Shown: piece after piece, positions 1 to 12,500 of the stretch
Layout: every line of letters begins with the position of its first letter
Numbering within the stretch: position 1 is the first letter of the stretch
Origin: Squalus acanthias
Taxonomy: Eukaryota
Assembly (NCBI GenBank): GCA_030390025.1
Contig: CM059429.1
Coordinates: 143,096,001 to 143,160,000 of the forward strand
Length of the DNA: 64,000 bases
Direction of reading: 5' to 3'
Made by a program: the position numbers and the translations under genes
The notes under the pieces: generated by a model
Databases searched by the model: none
What the model was told of the DNA's origin: nothing
The model's input: the letters and a program-made list of their open reading frames with translations, nothing else

Positions 1-835
1 ACTAACAGACTTTTTAATAAAAACTGAAAGGTATTATGGATCCTCACATTGAGAAATGAGGTGTTAAACTGACCCACTTCTAACATGGAGTTAATTTCAA
101 CATAGAGGATTGATTTGAGGACTGAAGGGTTTTAAGGAGCAAATCTGAAATAAATAGTTTTACCGTGAAATTTCCCATCTCCCAAAATGATATTCTATAA
201 ACGCAAAACACAGAATAGTTTGAAAAATGCTATAGCACAATACTCTTGAACAAATGCTTTATTGGATAAAGAGAAAACTGTAGCCTTTTTATATAACAGG
301 CTCATGGGGTTCATTGCAAAATAGTTATTTTTATCAGTATTTCATCTTATCAAGGTTCTGCAGGACCAAGGAAACTTTGTTACAACAGAAAGGTTTTCAG
401 TAATTATCTATGTTACAAAAAGGCTTGATTTTATATTTTCTATGCTGGTGTTGAAATCCTCCTTAAAGGATTCAAACCAGTTTCTTTTAACAAACCCAAT
501 GGAAAGAAAAGAAGATATCATCAGTGTAGAGATTACTTTCATCAGTAGGTTTGACATTTCTGAAAAGAAAAGTTAGATTTAAAAATATCAGTGAAGCGTT
601 TAGTTATTTTCAGCTATAAAACACAGCTGCATTAGGGACAGTGTGCATATGTTTCTCACTGTGCACAGGGAAGGGTGAGGTCTGCGATATAGATCCACAT
701 AAGCTACAGTTGACGACCAAAGCAGAAATGTAGCTTTTGGACTTAAAAGAGAAATGAAGAAACAGACGCGTGCATTTCATTTAATTTCCTGTGATATTAT
801 AACAGCAATCTGGAATGTGTTGAAGAGAAAACACA

Positions 836-2421
836 GGCCTGGATTTTGCGGTCAGTGGCAAAGGAACGGCGCTCGCTGCTAACCTCAAAAAAAGCTGCCC
901 ACAAAGATTTAGCGAGCTCTAGAACGTCTGCTTTTTGATGTCAGTTTCAATTTGGCCTCCTTCTACAGGGAATCTGTGGCGTCCAGCAACAGGGCAGGCA
1001 GCAGGTAGGCTGATCAGCCTATCAGATTGAAGAATTCTCACAGACAGCAAAGCAGGAAGTAAAAAGTAGGGAATATGAATCACATTTAAATCAGTGTACA
1101 GAAGGCGATATAAAAATTGGGACATGCACATAGGGTTAAGGGAGAAACATAAATATCAGACCAAAAACTTAAAAAAATTAATTTTTATTTTATTAAAAAT
1201 CTACAAATTTTAAGGGGGAAAAATTCGGTTGGTTAGCGCCTCCCATTAGCACCATTGGGGGGCGCTAATGGGGCGGTAGGAACTTAGCGCCCGAGCGTGG
1301 TGAGTTTAGCGCCGCTCGCAAAATTGACGAGATGTTTTGCGGCGGCGCTAAACACTACCACCATGATCTCCCACGCCCACAGATCGTGACGTCAGTCGAG
1401 CGTGCAACGCCCTGGTAGCGCCCCGGACCGGATATTGAGTCGCGCCCTCTGCCTTAGCGCCTGCCACTAGGAACAACAGATAGAGGGGAACATTTTCAAG
1501 TCGGGAAGGGGCTGGGGGAGCACTATTTAAAGGCGGGCGCTTCCTGCCTTTTCTTGTCGGCAAAATTTTTGGTTTTAACGCCGTCCTAAGGAGTTTTGGC
1601 CCTCAGCACCATTTTTGAGGTTCCTAAGTGCAAGCTCTTTCCCTGAGCCTATCCATTCGTGCTTCCAACACAATTGCTTTTGAGGTCTCTCCAGGCTGAG
1701 ATTCAAGGCTGCAATGAGCAGGGTGTGGCTTGCCAGCAAGATGGCCCCTCCCCTTTAAGAACTGGATGGCGGCAGTCTGTCTGGCTTCCATAGTAACTGA
1801 CATCGCCTGAGCTTCAGTAGCGTTTTAAGGTAGTGCCTCGCTCACTGACGTTTGCGCCTTAAGAGAGGTGTGTAGCGCCTGATTTAGCGTTCAAACCACC
1901 TCCAGGGGAGATTGAGGTGAATTTTGCAGTCGGAGGCGATAATTAGTGCCGGGCGCTAAACTTTGCCCCCGGCCGATATTAGCGCCCCAAAATGGACGAT
2001 ACTGAATTTTTCCCCCTAAATGTTCTTCTGAGGGAATGAGAATCCACACTTGTAAAATTAGTTTTTCAGGGCCAGAGAGGTTGTTCAGCAGTAATTTAGT
2101 ATTACTGCTGAACAACTTAGTATGCCATTAAAAACTCATTTACTCCTGATTGAACAAGGCTTAACTTTATCATTGCTCCTTACAGCGGGAATAGCGTGTA
2201 AATAGTTGAAGTTCAAGTCAAATCAGTGATTTCTAAATGCTTCCATTTGCGAAGACTACAATAGCGCACCCTGTGGAGGAGCAGGGCATCACTGGCAGCA
2301 ACTTCCAGATTTCTGCGTTTAACTGCACATATGCGGACGCCAGAAGTTGCTGTCAGTTTTACACAGTAATAACAGCGAGTGCTGACAGCCTTGTCGTTAT
2401 TACTACCACAAATTCCGGGCC
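836..2421. mobile_element. Harbinger/PHIS-type MITE (family A), interrupted by a nested MITE
   Basis: Ends GGCCTGGATTTTGCGGT ... ACCACAAATTCCGGGCC are imperfect inverted repeats. The body is homologous to 39823-40901, 22358-22619 and (inverted) 46123-46840. Confidence 0.8.
1214..2016. mobile_element. Young CpG-rich Harbinger-type MITE with TAA target-site duplication
   Basis: Perfect 13-bp TIR GGGGGAAAAATTC/GAATTTTTCCCCC with TAA on both sides; many subterminal TAGCGCC/GGCGCTA motifs. Confidence 0.9.
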
Positions 2422-2499
2422 GCAGTGTTTATCTTTTTTTTAGTAAATGCATTATTTTCACTTGTTTGTGGGCATTTTTTTAATGAAATGTCTAACGTT

Positions 2500-2790
2500 A
2501 ATGTGAGATATGTTGAAAGGATAAATTAAAGGGGGGACCTCATTCAGGCTTATAAAATATTAAATACTATATGTAAAATGAACCCAGAATATTATTTTAT
2601 ATTCAAGTAAGTAAATACGACATAAATTAATATACTGAAAAATAAATTTAAAACAGAATAAATTCCATTACTCAAAGATTGAAATTTGAAATGATCTACC
2701 AGGTAAAGACTGGGGAGTTCAAGATACAATTGGATGCTAGCTTGGGCAAGTCAAAATATTAAAAGGGCAAACTTAAGAGGTTGAAGAGCC
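2500..2790 (+). mobile_element. Old, degraded CR1 LINE 3' fragment
   Basis: Weak similarity to the CR1 RT C-terminal/3' region (AAGGGGGGACCTCATTCAGGCTTATAAAAT, corresponding to RGDLIEVYKI). Confidence 0.5.
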
Positions 2791-5602
2791 ATTGTTTGAC
2801 ATCCACAGCAGACAGAATTGGACGTCAAAGAGGGTCTACATATTATTATTGATAATAGTTACAGAAAGAACCAGAATACACTTGTCAATAAGTTCAAGTT
2901 CAGAGAAGGACAGTAGAGAGAAAATACATTGAGGAAGAACAGACAAAATCATTGATAACAGGAGAGGACAAAAGAACATGTCCTTGATGTCCATTGCATG
3001 CTGGTCCTATTTCACGTTAACTGGAGAGTATCTAGGGGTGCATTTAGGACATAGGGATCTTGCAACCATACACCACTTACAGACCTCAAAACTGGGCGAT
3101 TAGGGTGGTGTAGTAGTTATGGTACTGGACTCACCCACTGTTCCGGTGAAAAACAGGCCCCGAAGGTTCCAATATGGCGAACACTCAGTCTGCACCGGAA
3201 GTGTGCCACACACCATATTGGTTAGGGCGCCCTGTAGTCATTAGTCTGAAACTGGCATTAGGCCCTTTGCCTGTGAAAATTGCTTAATGCCTATTTCAGA
3301 CCTCTTTGCCAAATTGGGTCTCAAATGAGTGTAGCATGAGCCATGCACGTTGCGGTTAGGTTTGTCTGGCACACAGCAGCCAAACCGCTAGAGGCTGCCA
3401 ACAAAAAGGCAAATCTTTTTTTTTATAATTACCTGAATGTGACGCCAGGAGGAGGAGTGCTCCCGCTGGCTCCACATTTAAACTGCGGGCCGCCCCTGGC
3501 ATGCGCTCACTACAAATATTTTAAAAGTGCATTTTCTTTCATTAGTGCATGCAGATTATGTTTTGCTCTCCACACTGTACCTTCATTTCACTTCTAACAT
3601 CACATTTGTTTTTCTCTCAACACACCTTGACATAAATCTGGCCATTTTCACAAACATAAGCAGGGATAAAAAAGAAACTCGTAGATGCTATTCAAAATAA
3701 TAGATGTTCAGGAGGTGAATTACAGACATTAATGAGGTCGCTTCTTAGTTTGGAACTTACATGTTGATTTGTAGCTGAACCATTCATATATGTACTGACT
3801 CCAACACACCTCAGGGTATTGTGCACTCAATAGTTCACCTAGATGTCTCCTCTAGATCTCCTTTTTAATGTGAACAAGCTATTGCAACTTTAGTAGCATT
3901 AACCCTTTATGGACCAGCTAAGCATTTCTGCACCAAAAAAAAAGATAAACCTTGATAAAAAAATCAAGTAACTCATTTATAGATTGTAGAGTACCTTTGT
4001 AACAAATGAAAGAAATGACTAACCTAAGGAGCAGTTATGCTGCAGATTTTAAGTCAATTTGGTATGATTTTAGCATTGTACTGACTGTGTGTAGTATAAC
4101 TATAATTTAAGTCATGTGATCTGGGTGCAAATCAATTAACCAGAAGTGGCCAGAGACCACCTTTGGGCTTAACCACTTTGCTTCACACTGTTTGCTGTTA
4201 GATTGCAACCCGTGCAAAGGAAAATGTAAAAATACCTAGTGATCTGTTGTATGGTTTCCGATATAAAAGAGCTGGCTATTGTGATGGTTCTTTTCTTATA
4301 GTATAAATTTCACCAACATTTAGACACCAGTGAGCAGAGCTATGTGCCTGTGTTTTAAGTATGCACACAGCTCTGGTTTACCTGAGCACAAAGTGATGCA
4401 CGTGGAGTAGCATAACATCAAACCAGTACCTCTAATACTACATATCGAACCAATACGACTGCAATAATTAACTAACGACTTGCTGGATTTTTCCAGTAAC
4501 AACACAGTAAAACACACTTTTTCTGAAGGAAGAACATGAAAACATATCAAAATGTGTTAAAAAGTGTGGCTTTTGTTTTGATCCCAAACTTTTATTGGCT
4601 TTAATTGGGTTGTAATCATAACTGTTACAATATTTATAACATTGCCATTTCCCTTTCTTCATGGAGCAAAATTGGGATTGATACCATACCAAGCACTGAT
4701 CAGAGCCAAAAAACATGAATAGGATGGTTATTAAGATGGAACGCAAACAATATCATGCTTGTAAAGGTTGTATAGTAGTTCTTTAATGAGTGACGGGCAC
4801 ATAACATATGCATTGCTAGCAAAGGTAAACTATGTTGTCCTTTTGCACATGTCAAATGCCTGGAACTCACTTCAACAGATGAAAAATGCTGTTTATTCCC
4901 TCTGCCTAATATCTCAAAGTGGATCCTAAAAGAATATTTTTCTATTTCTTCTATTGCTTCTCTATTTAGTCTATGATGGCCAGTTATACTATGTTCCAGT
5001 GTTAGTTTATTGATGTTATATATTCATAATCTTGTGTGTGTTATGAATGACTTTGAATGTTTAATGTTAGAATTCACATATAATTACATAAATAGCATTT
5101 GCTGTTTCTTTGTGAATTGACTAATTGTATGGGTGTTAAATGCCATTACAACTTTAAAGACATTTGCACTACCTTGGCTATTAGGAGAGCTGCTAATCTG
5201 ATTTTGACAAATGGGAATAAAGTAGTAAACATACTGTGAATCACTCAGTAGAAGTGTTTGATATGTTCGAAATCAGGAATGGGCAATTATTTGGGCTGGA
5301 GGGCCACTTAACAAATTTTGGTGAGCTGATGAGGGGCACACACACAAAATGAATTGTGTTAACAACAGCTGCCATTAAAATTTGTTACGGCATTTATTGT
5401 ATAAAGAACCCTTCATGTCATTTCCACACTTAATAAAAATAACAACACTTAGTAACATGCTAACGCACATGAAAATAGACAGAGTACACAAACACAATTC
5501 CCAGCCAAAGAAGGTTTAGAATACACAACAAATCTAATCTAATTATTTTCAGACTATTTGTTAAAAGCATCCTTTGTATTAGTCTGCCCATACTTATTTT
5601 TA

Positions 5603-5725
5603 AACATAGAAACATAGAAACATAGAATCTAGGAGCAGGAGTAGGCCATTCGGCCCGTCGAGCCTGCTCCGCCATTCAATACGATCATGGCTGATCATCC
5701 AAATCCAGTACCCTGTCCCTGCTTT
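5603..5725 (-). mobile_element. CR1-type LINE 3' end abutting an HE1 SINE
   Basis: (CATAGAAA)n tail followed by GGAGCAGGAGTAGGCCATTCGGCCC...GATCATGGCTGATC, as in other CR1 3' ends in the window. Confidence 0.75.
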
Positions 5726-6033
5726 AATCCCCACAGTACACATATCCCACCCTACCCCCGTAACCCCACGTATTTAATTCCCCCTAACATATCCCATCCT
5801 ATCCCCATAACCCCACATATTTAATCCCCCCTAACACTAAGGGTCAATTTATCATAGCCAAATCAACCTAACCCACACATTTTTGGACTGTGGGAGGAAA
5901 CCGGAGCACCCGGAGGAAACCCACGCAGACACGGGGAGAATGTGCAAACTCCACACAGACAGTCACCCGAGGTCAGATTCGAACCCGGGTCTCTGGCGCT
6001 GTGAGGCACCAGTGCTAACCACTATGCCACCGT
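5726..6033 (-). mobile_element. HE1-type tRNA-derived V-SINE
   Basis: Minus strand has A box TGGCATAGTGG, B box GGTTCGAATC and V-domain TGTGTGGAGTTTGCACATTCTCCCCGTGTCTGCGTGGGTTTCCTCCGGGTGCTCCGGTTTCCTCCCAC. Closely similar to 39894-40214. Confidence 0.9.
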
Positions 6034-6744
6034 TTAACCCATGCCTTTAAAAAAAACGAAGCTTTATTTTTTTAATGTTATTTTAAACCCATTAACTTGT
6101 ACCCGAGAGCTCAAAATTGGGCAGTGCACATCTTCAGGTGACTGAAAGCACACTGTTATTTCCAAAGTGAAGAGATGACACTTTGCTGTACCTACTATTT
6201 TAATCACCGAACAGATGATCTTAATTTAAAAATTGTTATTTTAGACATGTTGGCTGTTGACATCTGTACACAGCCGTTATGGAAATAAAAATTGAATTAT
6301 GTTCCTTCTGACTGCTTGTCCTTCTATATTAAATCAAACAAAAGGAGACGCAGCAGTGGTCAGTCAACGGTCAAACAGCTTCGAGCAACTGATGAGCAGG
6401 AAAACAGAAACTCAAACTACAACATTGGTAATAACGGTACCTCTTAAATTGGGAATCGTATTCGGGTTCTTGTTCGGCTTTGGTCACGTTTCTGCACTAA
6501 AGCTATCGGAAGGACCCTGCTGGTACTGATTGTAAAATACTCAACAATCTATCACCAGCTGCGAACGGCAGTCCTTTAATACAAATCGGATTTAAGTGGA
6601 ATGATTTGAAGGAGAAGTTTTTGTTTTCTCCTGTCTGACATGGTCCTGCAGACAAGGATAAGCACCGAGGGCCTGAGTCAGACAAAAGGCTCCCGAGTGC
6701 CCGATCACTCCGCACAAACCCAGCGCGCTCCCTTCAACACTTAC

Positions 6745-6830
6745 CCAAAACATTATGTTGAAGCCAAACAAAACATATTTAATGCTAAATAACAGCTAAC
6801 TTCAGGTTCTTTGAAATGTTTCCCGGACAT
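6745..6830 (-). pseudogene. Captured first coding exon of a TSPAN5/TSPAN17 (TspanC8) tetraspanin, with a 5-nt frameshift insertion
   Basis: CTCACC-ATG start. Removing the ATTTA insertion gives MSGKHFKEPEVSCCIKYVLFGFNIMFW, followed by donor GTAAGT. Recalled human TSPAN5 N-terminus is MSGKHYKGPEVSCCIKYFIFGFNVIFW. Confidence 0.88.
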
Positions 6831-8938
6831 GGTGAGCGGGGAGCGGGGGAGCGGGTCGTAAACAGTGAAACCAGGAGCCGGGCGGCCGCCTCTACTGAGG
6901 CTCAACACCAAACACGAGAAGTGAGGGACCGAGGCCCGCCCACCGCATCAGGACACCGAATGGACAAACATTGGGCTTCGGTCAGGCGGCAGTGAACCGA
7001 GGGGGGCGAGTCCGATCCGGCTCACAGCTCCACCCCGTTAGCCCCTGCTCACGGATCCATCGCCCTCGACCAGCGCCGACGCCATAGAGTCCAGTTTGAG
7101 AACCACTGTGCGGGCTGGATAGAAGCAATTGGCAGGTCGGATACGGCCCCTGGGCCGTATTTTGCCCACCACTGTTCTAAATGGTGTTGGGTACTGACAT
7201 ACTATATGACTGTGTCATATTTTGTAAGTTCAATCAGTGTTTGATATATGATTACCAAAAAAACTGCTGAAGTCTGCCTTGATGTATGGATCCTTCATCG
7301 TTTCTGAATCATCTGTCTTAATGTTCAAATTGAGCCCGTTATAGGCTGCAGTTTTATAGTCTTCTCATTTCTTCTAGTGAATTTCAGTTCTTTAGTTCTG
7401 GAAGAAACAAGTATAACTTTCTTCATAAGGACATCTTAGACAAATGTAACACTGATGTTTTAGCAGCACAGTTCCCACTATGCCCTCTCATTGTGAATAA
7501 AGCCTTTGTGTTGTAGATTTACTGACGAAAAAAACCAAATAATTGAGGGATGATCACTGTCTCTTTAAGCATTTACTTTCAGTGATTGGAACCTCCTGAA
7601 GATGTGCGTAATATGTTTAACTAAATCAAATATGATTTTACAATTCATGTAGCAGGTTTATAATAGCCACTTCCTGGGTTAGCAGGGCCTTTTCTCATTG
7701 TTCATTTTCAGGACTCAGAGGGAAGATTATTCTAAGTTTTAAACAATAATCAGCACTGATGACTTTCTTGTTTGAAGTCATTTTACTTCTGTTATTATAG
7801 TTCTTGGAGTTGGATCATCAGAAGTTTTGAATGTAGCAATGGCCATTGTTGATTTTTCAAAGATTTAGATAATGGGAAGAATTGCGATTATACAGCTTAT
7901 TGAATGTTTAACTTTGGGTGTGGCTGGTCAATATTATTATTACTACTATTATTATGGACGTGGCCGTTTTGAACGCCAAACTCACTGAAGAAATAAAATA
8001 GGGCAGGGTGGGAAATTGAAGAGTAGATCTAATTTTTTTCATTAAGGTTTTGTTGTTAAACTGAAGAAAATATGAAGAAACCATAGAATTGAAGAAAACC
8101 TCATAACAATAAATCAATTTATGTGAAGAAGGCATCTACAGTTTTTCACTGAATCAGCTCTCTTGTGACCATTTACCAGAATGACTTGAAAGCAGCCTAG
8201 AGTGGCATTGCGTCCCTCTGAGGAATGAGTTGCTCTCTATTTAGCATAAATCCCTGATGCAGCACATTGTCAATCTAGTGTGCTGCACCAATACATCATC
8301 TTAGTTATTGAAACTTAAACAAACATTAACAACTATCATAATGGCAATTGGAAGTGACTGTTAGAATTGAGAGCCCAATGATCTGGACATTGGAAAGATA
8401 ACGGATCCAGGCTCTTAGACAACCCGAAAGATAGGCATCTGCTGGAAATATTACAAGTGGTTGACCCCACCCTGGCTGTGGATACTCCAAGGGTGGAAAT
8501 CAGTGGTGTATCAGCAATCCTACTCCGCCACACCTACAGCAGTGGATCGGGTCTGAGGAAGTTCTGCTCCAAGGAGATGGAAGCTATGGCAATTCCACTG
8601 AGGAACATAATCCCACCTCCTTACAGGCATCATGGCCTTCTATGGGGCACAAGGAACTTCCACCTGCCCTAACCTTCAGCAGGAATTTTCCTTATGTGTC
8701 TTTGGAGCAGAGACCTGGCATTGCTGACTCTACCCGATATTCTTCCTCCTCTGCTGCTTTCTTGGCTGTTTTAAACCGGGAGTGTAGCCCAGGTCCCCAG
8801 GAAATTTAGGGCTATTCTGCAATTGCATTTCACCGTCACTCATTACTTTTGAATACTCATTAAAAGTATTTTCACAAAATGCTAGAAATACACAACAGGC
8901 TTTCAGCATCAAATGAGAAGAAATAAAGTTAACATTTT

Positions 8939-9579
8939 GGGTGGGTCACATATGCAACATCAACCCTCTTTTTGCTCTTTTTGTTGCTGACCGACCAAAT
9001 GGTCCAAAATGGGTGCAAAATCAGTGGTGCGCCCAATGTGGCCACACAAGGCCACAGCCGGAAGGTCCAAACCATTTCAGGTTTGACCTCATTCGAGTTT
9101 TACCAGCAACCTGCAGGCACCAAACAGCCACTCTGCTGCAGCTTACCGGCTTTCGACGGTGGGTATGGGGTGAGAACAGGCCGGCAGCAGGCCAGAAGAA
9201 TGCTCCTCCAGGCCCCACAAAAAATTTTTAAAAGCCAAAAACTTACCTTTTCCGAAGCGGCCTCCAACAATCCCTTTAAGGACCATTGGTTAGGCCGCTC
9301 AACATCCAGTCCAACTAGGACCAGCGTGCACGGTGCATGCTCCACCCATTTGTGCATTAAAATTGCAATTCCATCCTACATGTGGCATAGGACCCTGATA
9401 TGCATATTTAATCAGCCTCCTGCTTGTTTGGGTGGGAGTGCTGGGCACCCATTTAAAGGCCTGCTTGAAAATTGAATCAGGTGGGCAAATGGGTATCCAA
9501 GGTGCCCACCAGATTTTCCTCTGACCGTTCCCAGTTTTTCAGGCGAGAAACGGACGGCTGGCAGTTGAAAATCAATCCC
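8939..9579. mobile_element. Degenerate Harbinger-type MITE
   Basis: GC-richer island ending TTGAAAATCAATCCC, followed by ATT; left end degenerate. Confidence 0.55.
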
Positions 9580-12500
9580 ATTGTGTTTCCAGCGGGTTTT
9601 TTTGATTTACAGTATTCAGAGTTTTTGTTTTCATCAATAAAAGTATTTTGATGGCTTTATAGTCAATCACATAAGCTTTCTATTTTGGGTATTCAAGTAA
9701 AAAAAAACATTCGAGATATATTTCCAAATCAAGGACAAGGTACTCAAATGATCTTGTTCATGATACTTGACATATATTTGAAATGTTTTTGTATAATAAG
9801 AATTACCAAAGCAAACTAAAATTATACTTATACTGGTGTGATATTTCAATGAGGAAATAAATTCACTTACCTTTTTTGGTCTGAAAAAAGGGTGGATAAA
9901 CATCCTACATATGTTTTAAGTAGAAAATATCATGGGCAGCAGTGAGAGATCGCTATGGAGTAATTCTACTTGTGAAGTTGACCATAACCTACTTTTGAGT
10001 TAATTGTTTTGGTTAGTTTCATTGTGGACATATCCTCATTATGAAATATCCTTTGGCAGATTACCTAACTATAATGAGTATTTTTGACTGTAAATAGCAA
10101 CTATTTATAACTGAATGACCTTTGAAGCTTTTGAAATATTTGTTTTCTATCATATAAAACCTGGATTAACACGGCATTATAAATTAGAACTGGCAAAATG
10201 CACAAAAGCACTGAATCATTTTCTGAACAAAAAAATTAAATATTTCAATTTTGTTATAGTTAATTTTTGTTGGAGAGCAGTATTAGATTTAGAAAGCTAC
10301 TGTACAAATAAATCTTGTAACAGGCATACAAAGATTTTTCATAAGGCAAAAGATTCGGCTTAAGATACTGAACATGTTTCATTTGGATCAACCGAGGCTC
10401 TTTTACTCAGTGCAAGTCACCAGTGATTGAAGTGATGTAAATGTAAGAAGAATTTATAGCCAGCTTTTGAATGTAAAATGCCGGTGTCTTTACGATTCAG
10501 ACTATTTCCATTTATTCTTCTGCACAGTAACCTAGGTACAATGGAATGTGGACATCACAAACACACCTAATTTCTGTCAAAAGCCAATATATTTTACTGT
10601 GTCTTTTGAAGTAGTTATTTAATTAGCTTTACAACAGAAAATACACTTTTTTAAATTAGTATTAACTGATTTGCCATCAATTATTTAAGATTCTCAACTT
10701 AACCCATACATTACAAAGATTCATTGTCTATTCTTTTCGTATTGTTTTATCAAATTAAATGTTTGTTTAAACAACCTGTGATTTGAAATGAAAGCAAAAA
10801 GAAGAATAAAAATATATTTTATATAACAGTTTGATTAATGTAAGTTTAAGGTATTTAAACAATAAGACAGAGGGTGAGAAACAACAGTATGATTTATCAC
10901 CAAAATGGATTACATAGTAAAATATGGAAGAAATGAATGATAATAACAATAAATGCGATTGAGTTTCCATTCCATCTTTTCATTTCAAAAACTAGATTAT
11001 GTTTTTGGTAAATATCTTTAAATAGAAGGTGTAGATGTAAAATGCCATTTAGAGTTCAATTGATTGGAGATATTAAGGTTTAAATGATGTATGGGCATGG
11101 GTATTCTTTCCCCTTAAGCAGTTCCAGGAAAAAACCAAATTCAGTATTGTAATATTGAAGGAACACATTAATCATCATGTTTTGGAGTAGGGAATTTGGG
11201 AACATTTTAAGCTTCCAACAAAAATGATGTCTCAGAGTTGATTGGCTTGCCATTAATGTAACTCTTCATAGACATATGGTCAAATGTTTATGTGATAGAA
11301 CACAATGTTTTAATTTACATTAGACTTTAGGGCTGAAAGAATTTCATTATAAAACTGATTTTGTATCTGTATAATGCACAGTGCAGCTGGTGGGCCAGAC
11401 TCACCCTATCAGCTGCATTCTCTGCAGATTGTACTCAGCTCAGTGACACAGAAACAATGTGCCTGTGTCCAACCTCGCATCCAGAGCTGGTGCTCCCTGG
11501 GCAATGAATTTCTAATGTTATTAGTACACGAGCAGCAGCAATGTTTCCCTCAGTTCGCTGTTTAGAATTTAGTGTTTTTTACCTGGCCAGTTTGACTATC
11601 AGTGCAGTGTTTGCTGTCATACCTTTATTAAGAGTAACGCAAATTCCAAGGCGCAGATACTAGCTTTCAGGGCTGTTCATCGGGTGAATGCTGAAAACCA
11701 CTCTGTCTATTAGTCGGTCAGTCTAGGCTGTTTTTAGGTTGCCACTTTCATGTCAGTGCAAAGTGGTTTCACATGTGTATCGACACAAAAGTGGTTGCAT
11801 AATTTGGATCTGACTTCCACATACACTAAAGTAAGATGTGAGACTCCATCTACTAGGTAATCTTGTGCTGCTTGGATTTTGTACTGAGTGAATACAACTC
11901 CAACCCTGTGCAAAGGCACATTTTGCAAGTGCCCAGGCAATCTATGAGACTCCTGGAACTTTACAAGTTTACGTTAATGTAATTTGTTGATAATGAAATG
12001 TTGATAAGGTGAGATGAAGTAAGGTGAGAGGAGGCTTGTGTGTGGAGGATATACACCGGCACAGACCTGTTGGGAAAAAGGGCCTATTTTTGTGCTGTAA
12101 ATTCTATGTCATTACATAGAATGTTTCCACACTCTCAAAGTTTAAATGTAGCTGCCAGGGAAGCAGAATGGAGACCAGTGCCTATCGTATAACTGCAGCC
12201 CAATATGTTTGCCAGTCAATCTGTTTCAACCATGCCTGATACAGCCATGTTGGGAAACAGAAAAGTTGTTCTAAATTTGAACATGTAAATAATTATGACA
12301 AGCACAATGATAAAATAGTGATACTGCTGTATTGGGGATCGTTTTTGCATAGCTTTGTATGGGTGCCATTTAGGGAAGACCAATACAGTGTATGTGGGAG
12401 AAACGTTTTGATTTCATTTGTGACTCATATATGTACACATGGTAACCCAATGATATGCAGTCAGTGAAGAATATTTCCATGTGAAGTCTCCCACCACCTC

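Larger units (their letters stand above)
5274..7174. mobile_element. Non-autonomous hAT (Charlie-like) element carrying captured host DNA
   Basis: Ends CAGGAATGGGCAA / TTGCCCACCACTG with Charlie-like subterminal sequence (GGGCCAC; CGGCCCCTGGGCCG). 8-bp flanks TTCGAAAT (5266-5273) and TTCTAAAT (7175-7182) match 7/8. No transposase recognised. Confidence 0.85.

Noticed and set aside
8972-9475. 167-aa ORF and the many other short ORFs in the track
   Set aside because: They lie in MITEs, are antisense to LINEs or are in low-complexity DNA, with no recognisable domains.
11370-11570. GC-richer island with splice-like signals and CAGCTG E-boxes as a coding exon
   Set aside because: No frame gives a recognisable protein, and the minus-strand candidate exon has stops in all frames.
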